Part shown: in pieces, positions 10,821 to 20,725 of the stretch
How the letters are laid out: the number at the start of each line of letters is the position of its first letter
How positions within the stretch are numbered: the stretch's first letter is position 1
Assembly (NCBI GenBank): GCA_965248435.1
Contig: OZ252100.1
Coordinates: forward strand, 5,088,001-5,152,000
Length of the DNA: 64,000 nt
Direction of reading: 5' to 3'
Source of the DNA: Candidatus Latescibacterota bacterium
Lineage (GTDB): Bacteria > Latescibacterota > UBA2968 > GCA-2709665
Notes under the pieces: model-generated
Told to the model about the DNA's origin: nothing
Databases searched by the model: none
Seen by the model: the letters and a program-made list of their open reading frames with translations, nothing else
Translations under genes and position numbers: made by a program

Positions 10821-12401
10821 TCAATTCGAAACCTCCGGCTCTACCTGAACATCCAGTCTTCGCCCAAAGACCTTTTGGAATGCGCTGATATGGTTTTGAA
10901 CGCCCCATATCTCCACCTGACAATCATGATCGGCATCTATGGCCAAAAACACAGGTCCGGATTTCTCTTGATGGAATCGTGCGTGGCGGACCAGGCCGGC
11001 GTGCGCCCGGTCCAGGTTTTCGGCGATTCTGAGCAGCACACAGAGAATCTGGACGATTTCCCTTGACCTCTTGTCCAGCTGGGCAAACTGGGGATGTCTC
11101 TTGCGCGGAAAGGCCTTCCGGTGGTAATAGGCCGTGGCCGCGATGATCGAGAGCTCGGTCTGATCGAAACCGAGGAGATCGGCGTTTCTGATCAGGTAAT
11201 AGGTGTGCGCGTGGTGATCGCTGTAGGTGAGAAAGGCACCGATGTCGTGCAGGAGCGCTGAATAGTAGAGAAGCTCGCGCTCCCACGCCCCCAACTTGTG
11301 CATTCCCGAAGCTCGCGAACTGTCGAAAAGCTCCACGGCCAGTCGTGAGGCGGTCTTTCCGTGGGCTTCGTCGAAATTGCACGCACGCCCCAGCTGAATC
11401 ACGCTCTGCTCACGGACCGACATTTCCTCCATAAACGGGGCATGCCCCTCTTTCAAAAGGGTGTCGACCAGAAGGCCATCCCTCAGCCCCCGGTCCGTAA
11501 TGCTGATCTCAGAGAGATCCAACTCATCCATGAGTGTATCCAGGATCGCGGCGCCTCCTATGATGATGTCGGCGCGCTCCGGGTTGAGTCCGGGAACTTC
11601 CCTTCTCTTTTTCAGCGAAAGGGAGCAAAGCCCTTTTACGATCTCACGGAGGTGCGACCGGGAAAGGACATCGTCAGGCTGAAGCCGCCGTTCGTGAAAC
11701 TGCCTTGCCGCGATGTCTGCGAGGTTCTCGATCGTGCCGGAGCTGCCGATCGCGAGATCGATTCGATGCTTTTGCGCCCTCAGGATCGTGGGCAGGGCGT
11801 AGTGGCGTACGTAGCGTCGAATCTTTTCGTACTCTGAGTGGGTCAGTGCCTCCTTTTGAGAATCCAGGAAGAGCGAACTTAGTCTTACCGCACCGAGTTT
11901 CAGGGAGTCCAGATACTGATGTTCACGCTGGCTGCCGACGATGATTTCTGTGCTTCCCCCTCCGATATCGATGAAGAGGGCCTGCTTTTCATCCAGGTGA
12001 ACACCGCTGGCAGCCCCGAGGAATATCAGGCGGGCCTCTTCCTTTCCGGAAACCACGCGAATGTCCAGCTTGGCCTGCTGCCACAGGCGTTCGACGAATT
12101 CGGCCTGGTTTTCCGCCTCGCGCGTCGCGGCGGTGGCGACCGCGGTGATCTCGGTGGCCCCATAAGACCTCGCCAGATCCGCGAATTTCTGGAGTACGAG
12201 CGCGGCCCGGTCCATGGCCCGGGGCTGCAGCTTCTGATCCGCGAATTCGCCCTCCCCGAGCCTGACCGTCTGTTTCAGCTGACTCAAAACCGTGGTAGAG
12301 TGGTTCGGGTTTATGCGGACCAGGAGCAGCCGGATCGAGTTGGTCCCCATGTCGATGAAACCGACGATTCGGCCGGGGTCTGGTGACGGATCTGAGGACA
12401 T
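10821..12401 (-). CDS. ppx: Exopolyphosphatase Ppx/GppA with HD domain
   Basis: IDMGTNSIRL, DIGGGSTE, GLRDG and LLHDIG. ATG at 12401 preferred over the TTG at 12464. Confidence 0.93.
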   Translation of the reverse strand: MSSDPSPDPGRIVGFIDMGTNSIRLLLVRINPNHSTTVLSQLKQTVRLGEGEFADQKLQPRAMDRAALVLQKFADLARSYGATEITAVATAATREAENQAEFVERLWQQAKLDIRVVSGKEEARLIFLGAASGVHLDEKQALFIDIGGGSTEIIVGSQREHQYLDSLKLGAVRLSSLFLDSQKEALTHSEYEKIRRYVRHYALPTILRAQKHRIDLAIGSSGTIENLADIAARQFHERRLQPDDVLSRSHLREIVKGLCSLSLKKRREVPGLNPERADIIIGGAAILDTLMDELDLSEISITDRGLRDGLLVDTLLKEGHAPFMEEMSVREQSVIQLGRACNFDEAHGKTASRLAVELFDSSRASGMHKLGAWERELLYYSALLHDIGAFLTYSDHHAHTYYLIRNADLLGFDQTELSIIAATAYYHRKAFPRKRHPQFAQLDKRSREIVQILCVLLRIAENLDRAHAGLVRHARFHQEKSGPVFLAIDADHDCQVEIWGVQNHISAFQKVFGRRLDVQVEPEVSN

Positions 12402-12675
12402 CGGATGGTATCCAATTAGCAGGTTCTTAATGGATCTTATTCGTCCAAATAGACGTAGTAACAAAGCAACTCGCTCGCTCGCCTAATTCAATGGCAAATC
12501 CTGTAAATGTCCAGTACTTTTCCTTGTCTATTCAGGGTTGTGATCCGAAAATAGGTTGACGCCACTCTACGCATAAGGCACATTTTCTCGATGTGCTGGA
12601 TGCGTTACAGGGAGGTCAGGCTCGTATGAGAAGGGGATCAGGTCTGGTTTCATCCCACTTTGTTCGGAGGTCGAT

Positions 12676-13644
12676 ATGAAGTTGATGTGGGTGAGCTTTT
12701 GGGGCGTGGTTCTGGTTTGCTCAAGACTGGCAGGACTGGCTGAGGGCGCCGAGGGGAAGTTGAAGGGTCTCATGTTCGGCGACTACTATTACGTCGTCAG
12801 CGGGACAGAGAAAGAGCAGAACGGGTTTCGATTTCGCAGGGTATACCTGACGTATGATCTGAAATGGGACGAGCAGTTCTCCGGCCGTCTTCGACTGGAG
12901 GCAAAGGATGCGGGTTTCGGGAAAAGCGACAAGATGGAACCTTTCGTGAAACACGCCTACCTGTGCTATCACAAGAATGGCCGAGAGGTCTACTTCGGAC
13001 TTGCCGGTACGCCTACGTGGAACGTTTCGGAACGCGTGTGGGGCTATCGCCCAATTTCGAAGACGATTATAGATCTGGCCAAGGCCGGTTCCTCCGCGGA
13101 CATCGGCATCGCCTTCAAGGGGAAGCTGGACGAATCGGGGAAAGTCAACGCTCAGGTCACGCTGGGCAACGGGAGCGGCCAGAGTCCGGAGGTGGATGAG
13201 GGGAAAAAGATCTACGCCTTGTTGCATTTAAAGCCTGCGGGGACGTTCGAGGCGACCGCCTACGCAGACTGGGAGGGCAAAGCTGGAGGGGAAGACCGGA
13301 TCACGTATGCCGGCTTTCTGGGCACATCGGGTAAGAGATTTCACGGGGGGGTTGAAGGTTTTATGCGGACGAACAAGGACCCGGGCGGAGACGTCAAAGT
13401 GAAAGGCATCTCTCTGTTCGGAGCGGGTCGGGTGAGCCCGAAAGCCAAGCTGTTCGGGAGGGTGGATCTTACCGATCCGAGCGACCGGGCCGCGGACGAT
13501 CACGAGATTATGGTCATCGGTGGGGTGGATCTGGTCCCGGCAAAAGACATCCACATTATGCCGAACCTGCTCGCAACATCGTTCCAGGCCGAAGGAGTGG
13601 ACACCGAAGTGATTCCAAGGGTCACGGTCTACTATAAATTCTGA
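12676..13644 (+). CDS. Putative outer-membrane porin (possibly phosphate-selective)
   Basis: Signal peptide, FRFRRVYLTY beta-strand pattern, C-terminal YYKF, GGAGG RBS; divergent from ppx. Confidence 0.65.
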   Translation: MKLMWVSFWGVVLVCSRLAGLAEGAEGKLKGLMFGDYYYVVSGTEKEQNGFRFRRVYLTYDLKWDEQFSGRLRLEAKDAGFGKSDKMEPFVKHAYLCYHKNGREVYFGLAGTPTWNVSERVWGYRPISKTIIDLAKAGSSADIGIAFKGKLDESGKVNAQVTLGNGSGQSPEVDEGKKIYALLHLKPAGTFEATAYADWEGKAGGEDRITYAGFLGTSGKRFHGGVEGFMRTNKDPGGDVKVKGISLFGAGRVSPKAKLFGRVDLTDPSDRAADDHEIMVIGGVDLVPAKDIHIMPNLLATSFQAEGVDTEVIPRVTVYYKF

Positions 13645-13831
13645 TGGAATCGATCTTTCACGATCGTCTCCGTTTTGTCCCACGGCTGTAACCTCCTCGG
13701 CCACATTATCATCCTAAGAGAATCGTGAATCGTAGTTGGGTTGATCGAAATTCGTTTCAACGCGTGAATTCTGGTCTTGCGATCTCAAAAAGGTCTTTCT
13801 GTATTGGCAGAAACCCTTACATTTAAACTGC

Positions 13832-14392
13832 TTGAGCGCTTATCAAGGACTCCAGAGACAGGAAATGATCAAGAGGGAACCCCACCCCCACGACGTCAGG
13901 GCCAGGTTTTGTGAACGCTGCGGGCAGGGGCTTGACGGGAAGTTGATCGAGGGGATCGAACGGGCCTTCTGCCCAGCCTGCGGTTTTGTCGTCTACCGGG
14001 ACCCGAAGGTTGCCTCAGGCACGATCTTCGCCCTGGATGGACGGGTCGTGCTGCTGAAACGAGGCATCGAGCCTTCCATCGGAAAATGGGTGTTCCCCGG
14101 CGGCTACGTGGACCGCGGAGAGCCGGTCCATCTCGCGGCGATACGGGAGACGCGGGAAGAGGTCGGGCTGGATGTCCAGATCGAGGACCTCCTGGGTGTC
14201 TTCTCCTACGAAGGGGTCCCGGTCGTGCTCGTCGTTTACGCCGGCCGTGTGATCGGTGGGGAACTGAAGGGGAACGAGGAGACCCTGGAGGTGCAAAGCT
14301 ATCGCGAGAGCGAGATTCCGTGGACTGAACTGGCATTCCAGAGTACCGAAGACGCGCTCCGGCTGTGGTTGGAACGGAACGGAAAATCGTAG
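13832..14392 (+). CDS. NUDIX hydrolase with N-terminal zinc ribbon
   Basis: CERCG...CPACG and the Nudix box GGYVDRGE...AAIRETREEVG. Start probably 13865. Confidence 0.92.
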   Translation: MSAYQGLQRQEMIKREPHPHDVRARFCERCGQGLDGKLIEGIERAFCPACGFVVYRDPKVASGTIFALDGRVVLLKRGIEPSIGKWVFPGGYVDRGEPVHLAAIRETREEVGLDVQIEDLLGVFSYEGVPVVLVVYAGRVIGGELKGNEETLEVQSYRESEIPWTELAFQSTEDALRLWLERNGKS

Positions 14393-14400
14393 GCGGACGA

Positions 14401-15345
14401 ATGGACAGAAAGAGAGATATGTTTAAATCGATCGAAGAGGTGGAAACGCAGTTCGCCCGGAACGGCTACATCGCCGATCGCACGCTCGCGACGACGATCT
14501 ACCTGGCGTCCGTGTTGAAGAAGCCGGTGTTTCTGGAGGGGGAGCCCGGGGTCGGGAAGACGGAAGTCGCGAAGGTCATGGCCCAGATCCTGCAGACCGA
14601 CCTGATCCGGCTCCAGTGCTATGAAGGGCTGGATGCCAACACCGCGCTCTACGAGTGGAATTATCCGCGACAGATGCTGGAGCTGCGTCTGGAGGAGGCG
14701 CGCGGAACCGCGAAGGAGGAGATCGGACGCAACATCTTCAGCGAGGACTTCCTTCTCAAGCGGCCGCTCCTGCAAGCCATCCAGAGCGACGGCGCAAACG
14801 TTCCCGTCCTGCTCGTGGACGAAGTCGACCGTACGGATGAGGAGTTCGAGGCCTTCCTCCTGGAGGTCCTCTCCGATTTTCAGATCACGATCCCCGAGAT
14901 CGGGACGATCCGGTCGAAGTCGATCCCGTTCGTCGTACTGACCTCCAACCGGACCCGCGAGCTCCACGATGCGCTCAAGCGGCGATGTCTTTACCTCTGG
15001 ATCGACTATCCAACGTTCGAGAAGGAGCTGAGGATCATCAAGACGCGTGTTTCAGGAATCGGGGAGGGACTTGCCCACGAGGTCTGCGGGTTTATGCAGC
15101 TCATGCGCACCCGGGACTTCTACAAGCGACCGGGAATCGCGGAGACGATCGACTGGGGGCTTGCCCTGATGTCGCTCGATGTCGAAGACCTGGATTCCGA
15201 GACTGTGGACGCCACACTGGGGTGCATCCTGAAGTATAAAGAGGATATCCAAAAGCTCCAGGAGGACGGCCTGCCACAGATCCTGGAGCGGGCCCGGATG
15301 ATGAAGGCAGGGAGGGCTGCCCAACCCAAGGCGGTCAAGGTCTAG
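14401..15345 (+). CDS. MoxR-family AAA+ ATPase (CoxD-like)
   Basis: GEPGVGKT, LQCYEGLD, LLVDEVD and DALKRRC. Confidence 0.92.
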   Translation: MDRKRDMFKSIEEVETQFARNGYIADRTLATTIYLASVLKKPVFLEGEPGVGKTEVAKVMAQILQTDLIRLQCYEGLDANTALYEWNYPRQMLELRLEEARGTAKEEIGRNIFSEDFLLKRPLLQAIQSDGANVPVLLVDEVDRTDEEFEAFLLEVLSDFQITIPEIGTIRSKSIPFVVLTSNRTRELHDALKRRCLYLWIDYPTFEKELRIIKTRVSGIGEGLAHEVCGFMQLMRTRDFYKRPGIAETIDWGLALMSLDVEDLDSETVDATLGCILKYKEDIQKLQEDGLPQILERARMMKAGRAAQPKAVKV

Positions 15346-15347
15346 CC

Positions 15348-16499
15348 ATGGTCACAACCGCAGGGCGTCGCAACATGCTCGAACAGGTCGTCGCCTTCTC
15401 AAGGGCGCTTCACGGGGCGGGTGTAGAGGTGAATTCGGGAAACCTGATCGATCTCTGCCAGAGCCTCCGATACGTGAATCTGTCCGATCGAAGGGACTTC
15501 TATGCGGCCGCCCGCGCCACGCTGGTGTCCCGGTATGACGACCTTGACACTTTCGACGAGGTGTTTCGTTTCTTCTGGGAGGCAGCAGACCGGGTCTTCG
15601 TTGAAGAGCCGGACGAGACGGCGGACCTGAATCAGGAGAGCGAGGTCGAAGGCGAGCTGGACTGGATGGAGAACGCCGAGGACGCGGACGAAAGCTCCGA
15701 GGACGGTGAAGAGGAGTCTGACGCGGTCAGTTACAGTCCGGAAGAAGCGTTGATGGGCAAGGACCTGGCCGGGATGTCGGACAAGGAGGTCGAGAAGGCC
15801 AGGCGCATCATCTCGGAGATCGTCGCGATCCTGGCCAACCGGCGGAGCCGACGGCGAGTACCCGAGAGACGCGGTCCGGAGCTCGATTTTCGGAGGACGT
15901 GGCGGAAGAACGCGCTCTACGGTCGAGACGGCTTGGCACTGGCCATGCGTCGTCGCCGGATCAAGAAGACGAAGCTCATGGTCCTGTGTGACGTGAGCGG
16001 TTCGATGGATTGTTACAGCCAGTTCTTGATCCAGTTTATCTACGCCATGAAGCGGGAAATCCGAGACGTCGAGGTGGGTGTATTTTCGACGCGGCTGACC
16101 GTCATCTCCAGGCTGTTGAAATCGAAGGGCGTGGAGGAATCGCTGCGTCAGGTGTCGAAGACCGTGCAGGACTGGGCCGGAGGTACGGACATCGGGGGTT
16201 GCCTGCGCGAGTTCAACGACCGCTTCGCGAGAGATATGTTGAGGTCGCGCACCGTCATGATCATCGTAAGTGACGGCTGGGACCGCGGAGATGCGGACCT
16301 CATGCGCCTGGAGATGGAACGACTTCAGAGGCGTGCCCACAAGCTGATATGGTTGAACCCCCTGCTGGGCAGCCCGGGCTATCAGCCGCTCTGCCTGGGG
16401 ATGAAGACCGCACTGCCCTATCTCGACTATTTTCTGCCCGCTCATAACCTTGAAAGCCTGATACAGCTCGCGAAGACGCTTCGATCGGTCTGGCACTGA
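15348..16499 (+). CDS. VWA-domain protein (CoxE-like)
   Basis: DVSGSM MIDAS motif, GGTDIG, SDGWDRG and WLNPL. Confidence 0.92.
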   Translation: MVTTAGRRNMLEQVVAFSRALHGAGVEVNSGNLIDLCQSLRYVNLSDRRDFYAAARATLVSRYDDLDTFDEVFRFFWEAADRVFVEEPDETADLNQESEVEGELDWMENAEDADESSEDGEEESDAVSYSPEEALMGKDLAGMSDKEVEKARRIISEIVAILANRRSRRRVPERRGPELDFRRTWRKNALYGRDGLALAMRRRRIKKTKLMVLCDVSGSMDCYSQFLIQFIYAMKREIRDVEVGVFSTRLTVISRLLKSKGVEESLRQVSKTVQDWAGGTDIGGCLREFNDRFARDMLRSRTVMIIVSDGWDRGDADLMRLEMERLQRRAHKLIWLNPLLGSPGYQPLCLGMKTALPYLDYFLPAHNLESLIQLAKTLRSVWH

Positions 16500-16526
16500 G
16501 GCGCAGCGAACAAGGAGGTTCTGCAG

Positions 16527-17624
16527 ATGCAGGACGTATTCAAAGAGGCGCTTGGCCTGATCTCGGGCGGAGCGCGTGGAGCGCTTTCGACGATCGTATC
16601 GAGCACGGGGTCTCTGCCGATGAGCAAGAAGGCCAAGATGCTGGTCCTTCCGGATGGGAAGATTCTGGGGACCGTCGGGGGGGGGTGCCTGGAGGCGGAC
16701 GTATGGGCCGAGGCAAAAAGCGTGATGGATTCAGGGGAGCCGACGCTGCAGAAATTTATCCTGACCGAGGAACACGCGGGGGAGGGTGGACTGAACTGCG
16801 GGGGAAATGTAGAAATCTTTACGGAGCCGTTGTTCCCGGGACAATCGGAAGAGATTCTGGGCGAAATCGCAGCGATCAATGAAAGACGGGAATCGGCGGT
16901 GTTGGCCACGCTCGTTTCGGGAGATGAAATGGAGAGGTTGGGTCGTAAGCTCCTGATCCGTCCTGACCTCACGACGCTCGGCAGCCTGGGTGACGCCAAG
17001 GCCGATGGGGCGGTGCTGCGAGAAGTGAAAGATCTGGAGTCGATCCCCGAGGACCTGCTCGAGGTGATCGACCTGGAGCTTGAGCACAAAAAGATCAAGG
17101 TTTTTCTGGAATCGACCTGCCCCCCGCCAACGCTTTACCTGTTCGGGGGCGGACACGTCTCGCTGGCGATCGCCCGAATCGCGTCTACGGTAGGGTTCCG
17201 GATCGTCGTTGTGGACGACCGGCCCATGTTTGCGAGTCCGGAGCGATTTCCCATGGCCGATGAGACGCTTGTCCTGGAGATGGAAACCGCGTTCGAACAG
17301 ATCAACGTCGACGACAGGTCTTACGTCCTGGCCATCACGAGAGGACACCAGCACGACAAACCGGTGGTCGAGCAGGCCCTGCGAACAGACGCTGCATTTA
17401 TCGGGATGATCGGCAGCAGGCGAAAGATCGCGTTGATGTGGAAGGAACTCGAGGCGAAGGGGATCCCGCGTGAACGTCTGCATGCGGTACACGCACCCCT
17501 CGGTCTGGACATTGGAGCGGACAATCCCGAGGAGATCGCCGTGAGCGTTGTCGCCGAACTGATCAGCAACCGGAGATCCGGCGGCAAGCCCGCGCACGAA
17601 GTGCGATCGATGTCGGCGAAGTGA
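16527..17624 (+). CDS. XdhC/CoxI family molybdoenzyme accessory protein
   Basis: GTVGGGCLEA, CGG, FGGGHV, IGMIGS and PEEIAVS. Confidence 0.93.
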   Translation: MQDVFKEALGLISGGARGALSTIVSSTGSLPMSKKAKMLVLPDGKILGTVGGGCLEADVWAEAKSVMDSGEPTLQKFILTEEHAGEGGLNCGGNVEIFTEPLFPGQSEEILGEIAAINERRESAVLATLVSGDEMERLGRKLLIRPDLTTLGSLGDAKADGAVLREVKDLESIPEDLLEVIDLELEHKKIKVFLESTCPPPTLYLFGGGHVSLAIARIASTVGFRIVVVDDRPMFASPERFPMADETLVLEMETAFEQINVDDRSYVLAITRGHQHDKPVVEQALRTDAAFIGMIGSRRKIALMWKELEAKGIPRERLHAVHAPLGLDIGADNPEEIAVSVVAELISNRRSGGKPAHEVRSMSAK

Positions 17625-17803
17625 GCAGGGCAGTTCACGGGCAGAACCGGAAAGATCTTCCGCTGCGAAACCCGTCAGAAGGCGCATCAGGCTCGCAAAA
17701 AGGGGACCGTTCGTGGTCGTAGAGGCCGCATCCAGAATGGCCCGGGGTTTGCTTAATGACTAGGTCATCACACAGACAGATCTGCACGCCTTCGGAGGAC
17801 GCG

Positions 17804-18148
17804 ATGAACCTGGGACCCCTTCACGATGACAAGAAACGACCCTATCTCGATGCCGACATCCTGGGCGATCTCAGGACCAAGCAGCAGCTCATCACGGCCG
17901 CTTGCCAGTGTCTTGAGGATCACGGCGCGTATATCTTTTTTGATGGGCTTGCTTCTCTTGCGAAAATGGAGCCTGATACCCGAGAGCAGTTCTTGAATCG
18001 ATTCGAAAATTCGGGGACCTATCGAGCCGACGAGCTGGCAGCGCTGAGGAGGCTCGTGATGAGCGGGGGCGCGAGCGCATTCAAGGAGTTCATTGACCAT
18101 ATCAGGGAGATAAAGATCGAACAAGAGATTCAGGAGATGGCTTCGTAA
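17804..18148 (+). CDS. Hypothetical protein (114 aa)
   Basis: GGAGGA RBS before ATG at 17804; followed by a terminator. Confidence 0.7.
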   Translation: MNLGPLHDDKKRPYLDADILGDLRTKQQLITAACQCLEDHGAYIFFDGLASLAKMEPDTREQFLNRFENSGTYRADELAALRRLVMSGGASAFKEFIDHIREIKIEQEIQEMAS

Positions 18149-18214
18149 AGCCCGTCGATCGTAAGGACCGGGCACCGTGAAAGCGAAACACGGGTACCGC
18201 AAATTCAGGCAAGG

Positions 18215-18251
18215 GGCAGGGCGTTTATAGACGCTCTGCCTTTTTTTATTT
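18215..18251 (+). terminator. Intrinsic terminator
   Basis: GGCAGGGCGT-ttatag-ACGCTCTGCC hairpin followed by TTTTTTTATTT. Confidence 0.85.
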
Positions 18252-18341
18252 TGCCAATCTAATCAAATTATATATGTGGTAGGAGCCAACTCCTGTTGGC
18301 GAAGGTGAAAATCGCGCTCTTTCAGAGGCCGTATCGGGACG

Positions 18342-18489
18342 CGTATCTCGTATCTCGCGGGCCCGTGATCCTGCCGGTTCATAAGTTTCGCAGAATTCGT
18401 GTCCTACTTTCTTGCCCGTCTTTCTCAACTACAGGATACATGCTACGAGATACGCTTCACGGGATCCGAGATACGTTTCACGAGATACG
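18342..18489. repeat. Heptamer (CGAGATA) intergenic repeat patches in inverted arrangement
   Basis: cgtatctcgtatctcg at 18342-18357; cgagatacgcttcacg...cgagatacg at 18446-18489. Confidence 0.75.
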
Positions 18490-19551
18490 TTAATCAGGGA
18501 CGTCTTCTCTCACAGCGCGGTCGAGGAGTTCCTTTTCGGCAGCCTCTCTTGCCCGCGGTGTGCCTATCGGCGTTACCGTGACTCCTGGACCCGGTTCTGG
18601 AATCAGGATCCTCGAGGCCCCGGCTTCGCGGAGCGCGCTGACGATCGGTTCCGGATCCAGAGTCAGGGCGATAATGGTCCCACCCTTGCCTGCGCCGGCG
18701 AGCTTCGCTCCGAGTGCACCGGCACTCAGAGCGGCCTGGATCAGGCTGTCGACCCGGTCGCCCGCCCCGCCCAGGTCGCTCTGGATCTTGTGATTTTCCA
18801 CCATCAGCCGCCCGAGGTGTTCCCAGTCTTCTCGCAGGAGGGCGCGCTTGCCCTCACGCGCGAGCTGGGCGATGCGTCGGTAGCCGTCCACGACTTTTCG
18901 CTCTCCACGAAGCCAGCGTTCCCTGATCGGATTGTGCACGCTTCCCGAGTCTCGTCTCGTCCCCGTGTGCGCGATCACATAAGGGTGTTTTTCCACGAGG
19001 GTGTGTAGCGGTTCCATCGTAGCGAAAGGATCCTCCCCGAAGTCACTGAAGGACTCTTTGTCCCGAAAGTCCATGTAGTTCAGTCCCCCGAAGGTACACA
19101 TATAGGCATCCTGGTAGCCACAAAAGACGAGATGCCGCAGTTCGGCGTGGCGCGCCATCTCTGCACGCACGAAGATGTGTTCCGAGCGACCGACGAAGGC
19201 AAGCACGGCATTCATGATGGCGACGACCATCGCGGAAGAACTGGATAGACCTGCGCTGAAGGGGATGTCGCACGACCACTTGATCGAGAAGCGGGGAGCG
19301 TCAGGGTCGAGGAAGGCGAGGACCGCCTTTGCGACGTCAAAGACGCCCCCGTCGATCGTCAGGTCCCGGGGGTCCCTGACGACGCACTTCCGGCCCGCGA
19401 CCTCGAAACTCAGATGCTCCGCCGCCTCGATCAGGACGGCCGCCCGCTCCTTCGTGGAGCAGGAAATTACGCTGCCTCCATACATATCGGTGGGGTTTCC
19501 GATGATACTGGACCGCCCGGGGGCTGTCGATAAGAAGGTCTCTGTCGTCAC
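18490..19551 (-). CDS. GHMP-family sugar kinase (glucuronokinase-like)
   Basis: APGR..IGNPTDMYGG, PFSAGLSSS and GAKLAGAGKGG. Confidence 0.85.
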   Translation of the reverse strand: MTTETFLSTAPGRSSIIGNPTDMYGGSVISCSTKERAAVLIEAAEHLSFEVAGRKCVVRDPRDLTIDGGVFDVAKAVLAFLDPDAPRFSIKWSCDIPFSAGLSSSSAMVVAIMNAVLAFVGRSEHIFVRAEMARHAELRHLVFCGYQDAYMCTFGGLNYMDFRDKESFSDFGEDPFATMEPLHTLVEKHPYVIAHTGTRRDSGSVHNPIRERWLRGERKVVDGYRRIAQLAREGKRALLREDWEHLGRLMVENHKIQSDLGGAGDRVDSLIQAALSAGALGAKLAGAGKGGTIIALTLDPEPIVSALREAGASRILIPEPGPGVTVTPIGTPRAREAAEKELLDRAVREDVPD

Positions 19552-19658
19552 GTTTCCTCTCAGCCCTTGCTCCTTTTAAGGATCAGACTTGACTATTTTG
19601 ATCTCAACGTTTAAAGTTTTCCAGGGATACCGTTTCGCGGCCAATCAGAGGGAAGGTT

Positions 19659-20216
19659 ATGGCGGAAGAAGATCCGGAACAGGAAGAAGGTGGGGAGGAG
19701 GAGGAAGAACCCAAAGGGTCACGGCTAAAGCAGTTCATCATTTTGGCCATCATCGTCCTTCTGGGTCAAAGCGCGATCGCCTACGTCGTGGTTACCCGGC
19801 TTATTCTCCCCAAGCAGGAGGTTTCAAACGGCGAAGGAGAGGGACAAGTCGTGAGCCGGGTGTCCTCGGGCGAACGCGAGGAAATTCCGATCGAAGATCC
19901 CCTGTTGTTCCGGTTCGACAGGATCCTTGTTAATTTGCAGGATGAATATGCGCTGCGATACCTCAGCACCAAAGTCGCAATCGAACTGGAAAACCTGGAA
20001 ACGTTCGACGAACTGGTTGCGGAAGATGGGATTGTCATGGTGGAGGTCAAAGACCTGATCTACCGAACCTTGAACCAGATGCCCGTCAGCCAGACGGACG
20101 AGGCGCACGAACGGAAAAAGGTCCGCGACATCCTGAGGAGGAGGATAAATGCATCAGGCCTCCTGGAGAACGGGGAAGTCACGGCCGTCTACTTCGAGGT
20201 CTTTGTGGTTCAATAA
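19659..20216 (+). CDS. fliL: Flagellar basal body-associated FliL family protein
   Basis: Acidic N-terminus, single TM, LVNL...RYL and C-terminal VTAVYFEVFVVQ. Confidence 0.85.
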   Translation: MAEEDPEQEEGGEEEEEPKGSRLKQFIILAIIVLLGQSAIAYVVVTRLILPKQEVSNGEGEGQVVSRVSSGEREEIPIEDPLLFRFDRILVNLQDEYALRYLSTKVAIELENLETFDELVAEDGIVMVEVKDLIYRTLNQMPVSQTDEAHERKKVRDILRRRINASGLLENGEVTAVYFEVFVVQ

Positions 20217-20237
20217 TAACCTGAGATAGCCTATAGA

Positions 20238-20277
20238 AAACAGCAGGGAGAGGAATCTCCCTGCTGTTTCTGTTTTC
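20238..20277. terminator. Bidirectional intrinsic terminator between fliL and trxA
   Basis: AAACAGCAGGGAGA-ggaa-TCTCCCTGCTGTTT. Confidence 0.85.
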
Positions 20278-20293
20278 GTGAAGCGTGAGTGGA

Positions 20294-20626
20294 TCAGTTC
20301 GTCTGAAGTACTGCCTCGACCTTTTCCACCAGGTGGTTTTTTGGAACTGCGCCAGTTATCTGATCTGCCAGTTTGCCGTCCTTGAAGATCAAAAGCGTGG
20401 GAATGCTCCTGATACCGAATTCTGAGGCCACCTTCTGTTCGGAATCGACGTCCACCTTCCCCACTTTCAGCCGACCTTCGTATTCCTGAGACAGCTCGTC
20501 CACGATCGGGGCCACCATGCGGCAGGGTCCGCACCACGTTGCCCAGAAATCGACCAGTACGGGCACCGCCGATTGGATGACTTCGGCTTCAAAGCTTTCA
20601 TCAGTCAGGGCTACAGGACCTGCCAC
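20294..20626 (-). CDS. trxA: Thioredoxin
   Basis: WCGPC active site and SIPT. Confidence 0.96.
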   Translation of the reverse strand: MAGPVALTDESFEAEVIQSAVPVLVDFWATWCGPCRMVAPIVDELSQEYEGRLKVGKVDVDSEQKVASEFGIRSIPTLLIFKDGKLADQITGAVPKNHLVEKVEAVLQTN

Positions 20627-20725
20627 TTTTTCACCGCCTTTCTATGCATTATTTCTGAGTAAGAATTCTGACGCGAAAATCTACTAAGTTTCTCGAACCT
20701 TGTCAAGTCGGCCGCCGGAAAGCGC

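Noticed and set aside
12465-12675. Pho box between ppx and the porin
   Set aside because: No convincing 11-bp-spaced CTGTCA repeats.
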